Source of the DNA: a virus
IMG/VR virus record: IMGVR_UViG_3300025030_000006
Strand: one strand, 5' to 3'
DNA length: 64,000 bases
The position numbers and the translations under genes are program-made. Of this stretch, positions 8,685 through 16,834 are shown piece by piece; the stretch's first letter is position 1; each line of letters begins with the position of its first letter. The notes under the pieces are model-generated. The model did no database searches. It saw only the letters and a program-made list of their open reading frames with translations, and was not told where the DNA came from.

Positions 8685-8909
8685 TTAATCACCTCCTTTT
8701 ATTAATTTTACTTTAATCCATTATCTCTCTCTTTATTTTTCAGGTCAAATATAAAATAATATTTGAATTAAAATAATAACCAAATTTTTTATAAAATTTT
8801 AAATAGAGATTTATTTTTATAGAATATGGAAAACAAAAGAAAGTATATGACAAAAACCAGAAGACTACAGAGGATAGACTAGGGAAGGAATCTTTGATTA
8901 TAAAAAATT

Positions 8910-9131
8910 TTGAATAAACTAAAAAATAAAAATACTAAAAAATCTACGGGCTGCCTATATCTATATAAACATACCTTGAATAAAGCAGTTTATTATTTTT
9001 ATCAGAATTTTGTTACGCTACCTCTTAGCCTCGGGATTTTAAAAAATTCTATACGGTGGGATTATTGGTATGAATTATTTATTTCATTTAATTCAATTGT
9101 TTTTGGCATGATATTTAATTCAATTAAATAA
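8910..9131 (+). CDS. doubtful small hydrophobic ORF, possible paralog of 12526..12729
   Basis: TTG start with no RBS; shares LPLS[LI]G and FNSIVF with the 12526 product, using different codons for LPLSxG. Confidence 0.2.
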   Translation: MNKLKNKNTKKSTGCLYLYKHTLNKAVYYFYQNFVTLPLSLGILKNSIRWDYWYELFISFNSIVFGMIFNSIK

Positions 9132-9297
9132 TAATATCAGAAAATGAATTATATTCTATTTGTTCCAAATTTGCCCTACAATCCATTTAATGTTGAAACC
9201 ATTATCAGGATATTAGTTTTTAGATAAGGAATGGCAGAGGACCGAATAGAGCCATTAAACCCTGAATCAATCCCCTGCCATTATCACCGATAAACAA

Positions 9298-9480
9298 TTA
9301 ACCATTGATTACCTTTCCAAGCCATCCAAGGGAAAACACAGAGGGGAAGGATACAATACGTTTCCCTGTTACCTTACCGACAATGGATTGTTTATAATCA
9401 TTCTGATTTAATCGGCTATTGATATTCCGTTTATCCTTTGCTTCTTTCCTCATATAGTTCTGACATCCTGTATTTTTCAT
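9298..9480 (-). CDS. hypothetical protein
   Basis: AAAGGAG RBS; 60 aa basic. Confidence 0.5.
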   Translation of the reverse strand: MKNTGCQNYMRKEAKDKRNINSRLNQNDYKQSIVGKVTGKRIVSFPSVFSLGWLGKVING

Positions 9481-9509
9481 ATCTAATAACTCCTTTCTTT
9501 ATTGTTTGT

Positions 9510-9665
9510 TTAATGTTTTGTTCTGTCCAGCAACACAGGTTGCCAGTTAGATAAAAAGATATGTAGTGCTAATGCCTCTTGCTCCTTTTCCTTTGCTGTC
9601 TCAATTTTCCATGTCCAGTAATCTCTTGAGCTGGTGAACGTTTTTCCATCGATAGTAACTGGCAT
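9510..9665 (-). CDS. hypothetical protein (51 aa)
   Basis: AAAGGAG RBS; MPVTIDGKTFTSSRDYWTWKIETAKEKEQ...; below track cutoff. Confidence 0.45.
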   Translation of the reverse strand: MPVTIDGKTFTSSRDYWTWKIETAKEKEQEALALHIFLSNWQPVLLDRTKH

Positions 9666-9808
9666 GGTAATAACTCCTTTCTTTTATTATTTATTGGTCT
9701 AATTACCAATAAATTCATTTTTAAATACTTAAACATATTCTTTATACAGGGCTTCCAAATTTGCCTTGTATTAAACGATAAGCCTTAGACCTATGGTAAA
9801 CCCTACCT

Positions 9809-9844
9809 TAGAATCCCTTTGTTTTAAATGGTAAAGGGATTCTA
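9809..9844. repeat. palindromic element TAGAATCCCTTT-N12-AAAGGGATTCTA (copy 1)
   Basis: 12-bp perfect stem; right arm plus flank reads TTTATAGAATCCC on the minus strand (-10-like TAGAAT). Confidence 0.6.
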
Positions 9845-9851
9845 TAAACAT

Positions 9852-9998
9852 TTAATTGATGTTTATTTCGATTTTGGTCAACAGTAAATGGCGCATACCA
9901 CGGATAAATCCACGGTATTTAAAATGACACAACCAATCCTGCAAGGTGTAATTATACAGACCACACCCGCAAAGAAATTTTATTTTTATTTTTTTCAT
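9852..9998 (-). CDS. hypothetical protein (48 aa)
   Basis: AAAGGAG RBS; MKKIKIKFLCGCGLYNYTLQDWLCHFKYRG... Confidence 0.4.
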   Translation of the reverse strand: MKKIKIKFLCGCGLYNYTLQDWLCHFKYRGFIRGMRHLLLTKIEININ

Positions 9999-10197
9999 AT
10001 AAATAAACTCCTTTTTGGTTATTGGTTTAAAACGAAAGAATAAAACCTATGCACAGAATAAACAGGATGCACAGAAACAAAGAATAAAAGAATTGAATCA
10101 TTTTATAAACTCCTTTTTCTTGAATTATTGAATTTAGTATAAAGAGAAAGTGTAAGGGGGAAGACAGTAAACAGTATCTTACATTATGTTTTATTTT

Positions 10198-10527
10198 TTA
10201 AACTCCTTTCCGTTGTTTGATTTTTTCTTTCATGATTTCCAATTTGCTTTTGGGTTTATCCCGTATCTCATCCTCTGGACTCAATTCTATAATATCTTCC
10301 ATTTGTTTCTTTTCTTTTACAGGTTTAATAACCTGAATTCCCTCAATACAATATTCTTGTATTTCATTGTGATTGATTAAACCTTTATCTGCCAATAACT
10401 GCAAAAGTCCAAAAAGCCTATATTCATTTTTTTCAAACCTATTCAATTCCTGTTTTGTTTCCGGTGTTAATTGTTTCTTTTCCTTTTGCTCCTGTAATTG
10501 TTTTCGTTTCAATTCAAGTTTGTTCAT
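10198..10527 (-). CDS. hypothetical coiled-coil protein
   Basis: AAAGGAGA RBS; Lys/Glu heptad-like sequence. Confidence 0.6.
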   Translation of the reverse strand: MNKLELKRKQLQEQKEKKQLTPETKQELNRFEKNEYRLFGLLQLLADKGLINHNEIQEYCIEGIQVIKPVKEKKQMEDIIELSPEDEIRDKPKSKLEIMKEKIKQRKGV

Positions 10528-10570
10528 TTTGTTATTTCTCCTTTCTGTGGTGTTGCGTTAATGAATTTAA

Positions 10571-10614
10571 TAGAATCCCCTATCAGTCAATTAATAAATC
10601 AATAAGGGATTCTA
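10571..10614. repeat. palindromic element TAGAATCCC-N-GGGATTCTA (copy 2)
   Basis: 9-bp stem with the same arms as 9809-9844, same flank GGGATTCTATAAA; lies between 10630 gene end and 10527 gene start. Confidence 0.6.
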
Positions 10615-10629
10615 TAAATCAATTAACGG

Positions 10630-11598
10630 TTAAAACTTTGCTTTGCAGAATTCAATAAATTCGGAATAAGCATTATCATCTACGTCCTCGTTTTCTTCAA
10701 GGATGATATCCAAAATTTCATTTTCCTCGGCATCACCGAAGCAATCATAACCATCAACCATTTCCAAAATATCTTTAATCGTGCTTTTTTCAATTCCCAG
10801 ATTTTTAGCAAAGGTTGAAACACTGAAAACAGGAGAATTCCCTTTTCCCTTTTCTCCCTTTGCCGTTTCTGTTTTCCCTTTGGTATCAATATAGGTTTGC
10901 CAAAGTGCAGAAACAAATTGCTTTTTGCTTTTTCTTGCACAGATAAACCCTTTACCATTATCTTGATTTTTCTTTTCCACTGCTTTCAGTGTTGTTTCCA
11001 TTGTTTCAATCGTGGAAAAATCACAGCCTTTAAAAGCAAGATTGAAATTTTCTTCGGTGACATTCCCGGAAAAATACTTTTGAAATTGTTTGAAAGCATT
11101 ACCCGGAAGATTGTTATTTGTTGTTTCCTCTTCTTTCTTTTGTTCAGTAGGTTTTACTGATTCAACCTGTTTTGTTTTCACGTTCAAATCAACAAGATTT
11201 TTCAAGAGAGTGATAATTTGATCGTTATTGTTATTGAACGTAATACTGTGCAGTTTTTCCAATTTTGCGTTGTTTTCTGTCAATTGCGCCTCAATGACCA
11301 TTAACCGGGAAATAATAGCATCAAGAGATTGTTTGACTTCCTTGACAGCTGCAAATCCTTCAAGAGATAATGCCGGTTTGGTTTGGATATTGATTGATTG
11401 TTTCTTTTCCTGTGCGAGTTTTTTAGCCGCTGCAAGTTTACTCATGGTTTTAAACTCCTCTGTTAATGGTTTAAAAACATCGAAAAAATGCGTTTTTCCA
11501 TTGTGGCTGTAAAACTGTCTCACCTGATAATGGTTAACTCTCAATTCCCTTTCTAATTTCCCGTTTGTTTTAATGCTTTTTTCTAAAAGATAGTTCAT
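10630..11598 (-). CDS. hypothetical protein (322 aa)
   Basis: AAAGGAGA RBS; basic N-terminus, central coiled coil, acidic C-terminus; no family recognised. Confidence 0.65.
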   Translation of the reverse strand: MNYLLEKSIKTNGKLERELRVNHYQVRQFYSHNGKTHFFDVFKPLTEEFKTMSKLAAAKKLAQEKKQSINIQTKPALSLEGFAAVKEVKQSLDAIISRLMVIEAQLTENNAKLEKLHSITFNNNNDQIITLLKNLVDLNVKTKQVESVKPTEQKKEEETTNNNLPGNAFKQFQKYFSGNVTEENFNLAFKGCDFSTIETMETTLKAVEKKNQDNGKGFICARKSKKQFVSALWQTYIDTKGKTETAKGEKGKGNSPVFSVSTFAKNLGIEKSTIKDILEMVDGYDCFGDAEENEILDIILEENEDVDDNAYSEFIEFCKAKF

Positions 11599-11621
11599 TC
11601 TCCTTTCCTTTTGTTAGCGGT

Positions 11622-11729
11622 TTAAGGCAATTGAATTGCTTTTGCAACCTGATTAAATACTGGGATGACATAGCAAAACATAATCAAAAGAAAAAAGCAT
11701 AGGGGAAGAAGCATCAAAATTGCTTTCAT
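11622..11729 (-). CDS. hydrophobic micro-protein (35 aa)
   Basis: AAAGGAGC RBS; MKAILMLLPLCFFLLIMFCYVIPVFNQ...; 23 nt upstream of the 322-aa gene. Confidence 0.4.
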   Translation of the reverse strand: MKAILMLLPLCFFLLIMFCYVIPVFNQVAKAIQLP

Positions 11730-11793
11730 GGTAAAAGCTCCTTTCAACTAATAGCAAAGTTAATTCCCTGCTATTTTTCAAGGGATAGAATGT

Positions 11794-11825
11794 TAGATGT
11801 TTATTCAATTAGATGTTTATTCAAT
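11794..11825. repeat. perfect tandem 16-mer x2 (TAGATGTTTATTCAAT)
   Basis: Read directly; overlaps stop codon of the 11817..11984 ORF. Confidence 0.7.
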
Positions 11826-11984
11826 GATTTTTCCAGCTAAGGACCAAAAAAGCAATTTTTCCGCGTTTATTGCTGATTCTATATCGTTAAACCTTTCTTC
11901 AGTCCGTAATGTGCGTTCACCTTTTTTATTCAATTTGTAAATTGTTATCCAATTTCTTTCATCTCTTATAATTTTGTATTTCAT
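11817..11984 (-). CDS. hypothetical protein (55 aa)
   Basis: AAAGGA RBS; MKYKIIRDERNWITIYKLNKKGERTLRTEE... Confidence 0.45.
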   Translation of the reverse strand: MKYKIIRDERNWITIYKLNKKGERTLRTEERFNDIESAINAEKLLFWSLAGKIIE

Positions 11985-12450
11985 TTTGTTTCATCCTTTC
12001 TTTTCTATCCCTTGAAAAATAACAGGCAAAAGATACCTGTTATTTAAATCGGTATTTTGGGGGATTGTTCCTAGTTGTTTCTAGGGCCACCGTTACCGTT
12101 ATTCAGTTTTTAAAGAGCAAAAATGGTACGCCTAAATATATATCAAGAATTGCAAGGAATGCAATACCCAAAAACGCATTTTTTCATATTTTTTTTCCTT
12201 CCCCCTGTTTTCGTGGTTTTATCCTATTTTGTGTCCTATTTATTTTCCTGATACCTCTGCACACCATTAAAAAATAAGTTTTTCTGTAGTTATCAGGATA
12301 TACATTTTTTCGTTATGTTTTAAATAACCCTAATAGTCGAAATCATAACGTTATAAACTATTAAATTCATTATGTTTTTTATTTTCTATTGGATAAATTA
12401 GCTTTTAATCGTGCCGGGAAAACCCAATGTTTTCAATAGTTTAAAACCTC

Positions 12451-12480
12451 TTGACACTACTTTATATTTTCTGTTAGTAT
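12451..12480 (+). promoter_or_regulatory. sigma70-like promoter (TTGACA-18-TAGTAT)
   Basis: Shares 23-nt upstream context CAAyAGTTTAAAACCwCTTGACA with the promoter at 21021. Confidence 0.55.
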
Positions 12481-12525
12481 TTTGAGGTGTTTTAAAAGCA
12501 TAATTTTCAGAAAGGAGTGCAAAAA

Positions 12526-12729
12526 ATGCTATTAGATAGTTTATTGTTTATTTGTTTTCTGTTGTTCATTCTGATTCATTCAACGCACCTTGCCTTGTCT
12601 GGTTTTAAACCCGTTGACAGTTTGCCTTTATCCATTGGTTTAATTGAATTGATTATGTTTAATTCAATTGTTTTCTGCTATCCATTTGCTTTCAACCAAT
12701 CCAATTCATTCTTAGATTATTTTAATTAA
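12526..12729 (+). CDS. small hydrophobic membrane protein
   Basis: AAAGGAG 7 nt before ATG 12526 (track GTG 12517 abuts the RBS); first gene of the long rightward block. Confidence 0.5.
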   Translation: MLLDSLLFICFLLFILIHSTHLALSGFKPVDSLPLSIGLIELIMFNSIVFCYPFAFNQSNSFLDYFN

Positions 12730-12808
12730 TAAATTTTAATTAGAACTAATTTTCCCCTCTGCGCCGTAATTCCTGTATAGTCTATTCAATTAATTTTTAT
12801 CTTATATA

Positions 12809-12937
12809 CATATATAATGTAACAAGGGCATCGAATCCATTTTTTCAATTTTGTTTTCACTTTTAAAATCAATTCTTTTTATTATTTCATATAATGTAAC
12901 AAGGTCATCGAATCCAAAATTTTCATTTTATTTTCAG
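12809..12937 (+). promoter_or_regulatory. two about 50-nt direct repeats, each with a perfect TATAAT (12813-12818, 12890-12895)
   Basis: ATATAATGTAACAAGG[G/T]CATCGAATCCA...TTTTCA repeated with 77-nt period just upstream of the 12955 promoter. Confidence 0.45.
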
Positions 12938-12954
12938 GTACTTACAAAAATTTC

Positions 12955-12984
12955 TTGACAGTATTCAAATTGATGATGTAGTTT
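12955..12984 (+). promoter_or_regulatory. sigma70-like promoter (TTGACA-18-TAGTTT)
   Basis: Consensus -35, precedes the early small-gene array. Confidence 0.5.
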
Positions 12985-13050
12985 GGCGGAAAATTGGTTT
13001 CAATAGCTTCAATAGCAAGTAAACAATTAACATGTGAAAGGAGAAACAAA

Positions 13051-13365
13051 ATGACACGTAAAGAGTATATAGCTAATTCAAGCGAATTGCACAGACAATA
13101 CAATGCACAGTTTGTTAATAACAGTATAAAGGTGGCTGTAAAGAATTATTTTGGAATTGATGCACTATTGAATAGTAATGATAAACATTTAAATGACATT
13201 CCATTAGAACAATGGGATTCTGTCGGCACAAGGTTTAAAAGTCATTTGAATAAAGAAATGAAGAAACAAGGTGATTTTGTTAGTATGGCTGGAATTGTTT
13301 GCGTAATGAAAGAAGCCGCAAAACAATTGATTGAAGAAAATAGAAAGGGGATGCAAAATGATTAA
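13051..13365 (+). CDS. hypothetical protein
   Basis: AAAGGAGA RBS before ATG 13051. Confidence 0.6.
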   Translation: MTRKEYIANSSELHRQYNAQFVNNSIKVAVKNYFGIDALLNSNDKHLNDIPLEQWDSVGTRFKSHLNKEMKKQGDFVSMAGIVCVMKEAAKQLIEENRKGMQND

Positions 13366-13519
13366 ACATAAAACAATTGGATTGACCAGACCATGCAATG
13401 CGCATGATTTGATTTTAACGTCAAATGGATTGCAGTGTGCTAATTGTTTGACAATGGATAATAATAAGTATATTAAATATGATTTGAATAGAGAAAAAGA
13501 TAATAGAAAGGAGAATTAA
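13358..13519 (+). CDS. hypothetical protein (53 aa)
   Basis: AAAGGGG RBS before ATG 13358; CNAHD...CANC. Confidence 0.5.
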   Translation: MIKHKTIGLTRPCNAHDLILTSNGLQCANCLTMDNNKYIKYDLNREKDNRKEN

Positions 13520-13702
13520 ATGGAAAAGGTTATTCCATTTAAATCAAGAAAGGATATAGGGGAAAGTATAGCAAAGGATTATTTTGATGAAATGGATAAA
13601 TGGTACAATTCCTTGATTGAATATCTTGGAAAGCTGGAACAAGAATTCTTTATTAGTGAAAGGCGAAGGGGATTTAAAGTATTTAAACAATTAACCAAAT
13701 GA
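13520..13702 (+). CDS. hypothetical protein
   Basis: AAAGGAGA RBS; the 3' end lies inside the left 45-nt direct repeat. Confidence 0.6.
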   Translation: MEKVIPFKSRKDIGESIAKDYFDEMDKWYNSLIEYLGKLEQEFFISERRRGFKVFKQLTK

Positions 13703-13720
13703 AAGGAGATTTTAAAATGA
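13676..13720 (+). repeat. 45-nt direct repeat, left copy
   Basis: AAAGTATTTAAACAATTAACCAAATGAAAGGAGATTTTAAAATGA; identical to 14483-14526 except for one T. Confidence 0.85.
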
Positions 13721-14493
13721 AAAAAGAAAATGGCTGGTATATCGACGATAATAATAATAAATGGGATAGTAATTATTACACAAAGGAACTAGCAATTGAA
13801 TTATCAAAAACTCTAATTGATTGCAGTGATTGCAGTGATTGCAGGTATTGCATTAATTGCAGGTATTGCATTAATTGCAGGTATTGCAGTGATTGTAGTG
13901 ATTGCAGTAATTGCAGTGATTGTAGTGATTGTAGTGATTGCAGTGATTGCAGTAATTGCAGTAATTGCAGTGATTGTAGTGATTGCAGTGATTGCAGTAA
14001 TTGCAGTAATTGCAGTAATTGCAGTAATTGCAGTGATTGTAGTGATTGCAGTGATTGCAGTAATTGCAGTAATTGCAGTGATTGTAGTGATTGCAGTGAT
14101 TGTAGTGATTGCAGTAATTGCAGTAATTGCAGTAATTGCAGTAATTGCAGTAATTGCAGTAATTGCAGTGATTGCAGTGATTGCAGTGATTGCAGTAATT
14201 GCAGTAATTGCAGTAATTGCAGTAATTGCAGTAATTGCAGTAATTGCAGTAATTGCAGTAATTTTGAAAATAACCCTAATAGATATATTGGTAATAAAAT
14301 TGGTAGCAGAAAAGCACAAACTACCACTTATTGGTTAAATGATAATATTCAAGTTGTTTGTGGTTGTTTTAAAGGAAATTTAATTGAATTTGAAAAAAGA
14401 GTAAATGAAGTATATAAGGGAAATGAACATCATAAAGAATATATGGGTTATATTTCAATTGTTAAGAAAATAATGGAGATGGAAAGTATTTAA
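13717..14493 (+). CDS. Cys-X-X tandem-repeat protein (49 consecutive CXX triplets)
   Basis: AAAGGAGA RBS before ATG 13717; (CSD/CSN/CRY/CIN)x49 flanked by unique N- and C-terminal domains. Confidence 0.7.
   Translation: MKKENGWYIDDNNNKWDSNYYTKELAIELSKTLIDCSDCSDCRYCINCRYCINCRYCSDCSDCSNCSDCSDCSDCSDCSNCSNCSDCSDCSDCSNCSNCSNCSNCSDCSDCSDCSNCSNCSDCSDCSDCSDCSNCSNCSNCSNCSNCSNCSDCSDCSDCSNCSNCSNCSNCSNCSNCSNCSNFENNPNRYIGNKIGSRKAQTTTYWLNDNIQVVCGCFKGNLIEFEKRVNEVYKGNEHHKEYMGYISIVKKIMEMESI
13822..14262 (+). repeat. 441-bp tandem array of 49 x 9-bp units (TGCAGTGAT / TGTAGTGAT / TGCAGTAAT variants)
   Basis: Read directly; open in several frames on both strands (track ORFs 13776, 13813, 13817 are artefacts). 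Confidence 0.95.
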
Positions 14494-14526
14494 ACAATTA
14501 ACCAAATGAAAGGAGATTTAAAATGA
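14483..14526 (+). repeat. 44-nt direct repeat, right copy
   Basis: See 13676-13720. Confidence 0.85.
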
Positions 14527-15011
14527 TTGAATTGGAAAGAGCAAAACAATTGCAGCATGGGGAAATTATCCATTACTTTAATGGCAAATGTCAAAATTGG
14601 AGAGTATCGGGAAAAGTTAAATTGTGGAAAACAAGGCCGGACGAATTGAAAGTACCAATTAAATATGATTTGTATGGTAATTCCTATTTGACTGAAAAAG
14701 TATTGGATATAATACATTTGGCTAGTGAATGCCCATTATGTAAAGAGGGAAGATTGACTATTGCAGAATGTATTGATTTGGCTATTAATAAAAGTGAATT
14801 GGCAAAGCATTATGGATTGAAGAATTTTGATAATGCAATTCCTGAAATGTTGTTTGCTGAATTGATTAGGGGAACTGATTTGACTATTTATCATTTTGTT
14901 TATTCCTATGACAGATATAAATCATTTGGTGAATTGTTTCCATTGACTATTGAGGCGGAAAACAGAATGAAAGAATTGGAGATAAATATTCCTGATATGC
15001 CTAACAAATGA
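14523..15011 (+). CDS. hypothetical protein
   Basis: AAAGGAGA RBS; 162 aa. Confidence 0.65.
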   Translation: MIELERAKQLQHGEIIHYFNGKCQNWRVSGKVKLWKTRPDELKVPIKYDLYGNSYLTEKVLDIIHLASECPLCKEGRLTIAECIDLAINKSELAKHYGLKNFDNAIPEMLFAELIRGTDLTIYHFVYSYDRYKSFGELFPLTIEAENRMKELEINIPDMPNK

Positions 15012-15043
15012 ATTGAATCTATTTTAAAGAAAGGAGATTTAAA

Positions 15044-15412
15044 ATGAAAAGTTATCAAGAGGAAAACGTACATCTTAAAGGAATCCATTTGTTTTCTGAT
15101 TTCTTATCCAATCCAATCCCATTTAAACAACCCAACTTGTATAAACCAATTCCATTCCAATTGTCTCAAATAAGTTCTTACCTTCAAATTATGAATAGAA
15201 AATGTCAATATTCTTTTGAAGTATTTGAAGTAATGCCAACTGATAAATTGATTGATTTTGTAAAAGAAAATATGTTGGCAATTGATTATGATTCCATTTA
15301 TTTTGAAATCATTTGTTATGAGAATAATACAGCCATGTTAATTGCAAAATACAATCAAATCATAGGTAGCCGTTGGATTGCCATGATTGATATTAATTCA
15401 ATTCCCAAATAA
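15044..15412 (+). CDS. hypothetical protein
   Basis: AAAGGAGA RBS. Confidence 0.65.
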   Translation: MKSYQEENVHLKGIHLFSDFLSNPIPFKQPNLYKPIPFQLSQISSYLQIMNRKCQYSFEVFEVMPTDKLIDFVKENMLAIDYDSIYFEIICYENNTAMLIAKYNQIIGSRWIAMIDINSIPK

Positions 15413-15439
15413 CCAATAACAAATGAAGGGAGAATTAAA

Positions 15440-16306
15440 ATGAACAAACAAGTAAAGAAATTGGCTAATGGGATTAAATACATTTCTTGTGATTATCTTT
15501 CCTTTGGGGATTATGACAATTCCTGTGCCATTGAAAGGGCGAATGTTAGATATTTAAAAAGTAAAGTTAGGAAATCCTCAATTGATTCCCATTCAATGAA
15601 TGACTGGGAATATCTATCCAAGGAATATACAATTGAAAGGGGTCATATTTGGTCTCCAATTGAAACGAAAAAGAAAATGGTTGAGACATATGGTGGCTAT
15701 GGTTCAATTCAATTGTGGATAAGGGAAGACGTTTGGAAAGAAATGGAATTGGCTTCATTGGATAATTATCCTGCATTGGATGATGAATTGGTTTCTGAAA
15801 TTGAAATGGAAATGGAAAATGAAGCATGGGAAAATGATGTTAAATCTGATCTGATTAAAACATTATCAGAGGAACATACAGAAGAGGAAATGGATAATCA
15901 GGAATGTAAATGTTTAAACTGCAATTGGGAAGGAAAAGTAAATGAATTGAAAGAAGATGGTATTTATGGTTGCCCCAATTGCAATAATCATTATTCAATA
16001 AAATATTATGATATTGATAAACAAACATTGCAGGAATTTGCTGATGAATTGGATAATGAAACCCTTTGGGAAATTTATCGTTATTGCTGCGATAAAACCA
16101 ATACCTATGGGGAAGTTGAATCCGGTGGCAATTGGTTTATCCAAATTGATGATTTGAAAGAATGCTTTGCTAATGTAATTGAAAAATACAGAAATGGAAA
16201 TGAATTGTGTGATTGTCATGGTAATGGTAGATGGGATAATGAGTTTAAAACAATTGAATGCGCCTTGTGTCATAATACTGGATTTATTGTTAGCGTAACA
16301 GAATAA
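15440..16306 (+). CDS. hypothetical protein with acidic centre and C-terminal zinc-finger motifs
   Basis: AAGGGAGA RBS; CKCLNC...CPNC and DnaJ-like CDCHGNGRW...CALCHNTG. Confidence 0.65.
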   Translation: MNKQVKKLANGIKYISCDYLSFGDYDNSCAIERANVRYLKSKVRKSSIDSHSMNDWEYLSKEYTIERGHIWSPIETKKKMVETYGGYGSIQLWIREDVWKEMELASLDNYPALDDELVSEIEMEMENEAWENDVKSDLIKTLSEEHTEEEMDNQECKCLNCNWEGKVNELKEDGIYGCPNCNNHYSIKYYDIDKQTLQEFADELDNETLWEIYRYCCDKTNTYGEVESGGNWFIQIDDLKECFANVIEKYRNGNELCDCHGNGRWDNEFKTIECALCHNTGFIVSVTE

Positions 16307-16343
16307 TTGAATCAATAATTTAACAGATGAAAGGAGAATCAAA

Positions 16344-16808
16344 ATGTATAAACAGGAATTTAATAATTTAACCCTTTGTCAATTGACTTCTGAACAGAAT
16401 AAACAAACCTGTGATTATTGGTTTATAGTTCAAAGTGATAGTATGGCTCATACAGCGTTTAGAACAAAGGATGAATTGAATAGATGGTTACTTGAACGGA
16501 ATATTGAATTGACGCAAGAATTGGTAGAACATGGAAAGCATTCATTTCAGAAATTGAAAGGACATTATTTTAGAACAAGTTACATGGATTATAATGTTTT
16601 TTATTCTTTGGATTATATTCAGAAAGCAAGAGTAATGGATAATGATAGATATACTCTTGCTTTAATAACAGAAGAAAATGGAATCAGAACAATTAATCAT
16701 TTGAATTGTAATATGAAATTTAGAATTGAATATCATTACAGAACAGGTGAAATGGTATTGGCAAATAAAATGAAATCATATTCGGATTACACTTATCGTT
16801 ATAATTAA
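16344..16808 (+). CDS. hypothetical protein
   Basis: AAAGGAGA RBS. Confidence 0.65.
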   Translation: MYKQEFNNLTLCQLTSEQNKQTCDYWFIVQSDSMAHTAFRTKDELNRWLLERNIELTQELVEHGKHSFQKLKGHYFRTSYMDYNVFYSLDYIQKARVMDNDRYTLALITEENGIRTINHLNCNMKFRIEYHYRTGEMVLANKMKSYSDYTYRYN

Positions 16809-16834
16809 TTCAATAACAAGAAAGGAGATTTAAA

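Larger units (their letters stand above)
11766..12027. repeat. 25-nt inverted repeats (11766-11790 / 12003-12027, 23/25 match) bracketing a 55-aa gene
   Basis: CCCTGCTATTTTTCAAGGGATAGAA versus reverse complement of TTCTATCCCTTGAAAAATAACAGGC. Confidence 0.6.

Noticed and set aside
12065-12277. 70-aa TTG-start ORF in the 12030-12450 gap
   Set aside because: It has no SD and no ATG, and the product is low-complexity and hydrophobic. The region is better treated as non-coding regulatory DNA.
13822-14262. Possible CRISPR array
   Set aside because: The units are contiguous 9-bp repeats with no spacers and lie inside a coding frame. There are no cas genes.
13776-14338. Track ORFs 13776..14327(-), 13813..14319(-) and 13817..14338(+) overlapping the 9-bp repeat array
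   Set aside because: These are artefacts of a stop-free tandem repeat that is open in several frames. Only the CXX frame has an SD, a start and unique flanking domains.
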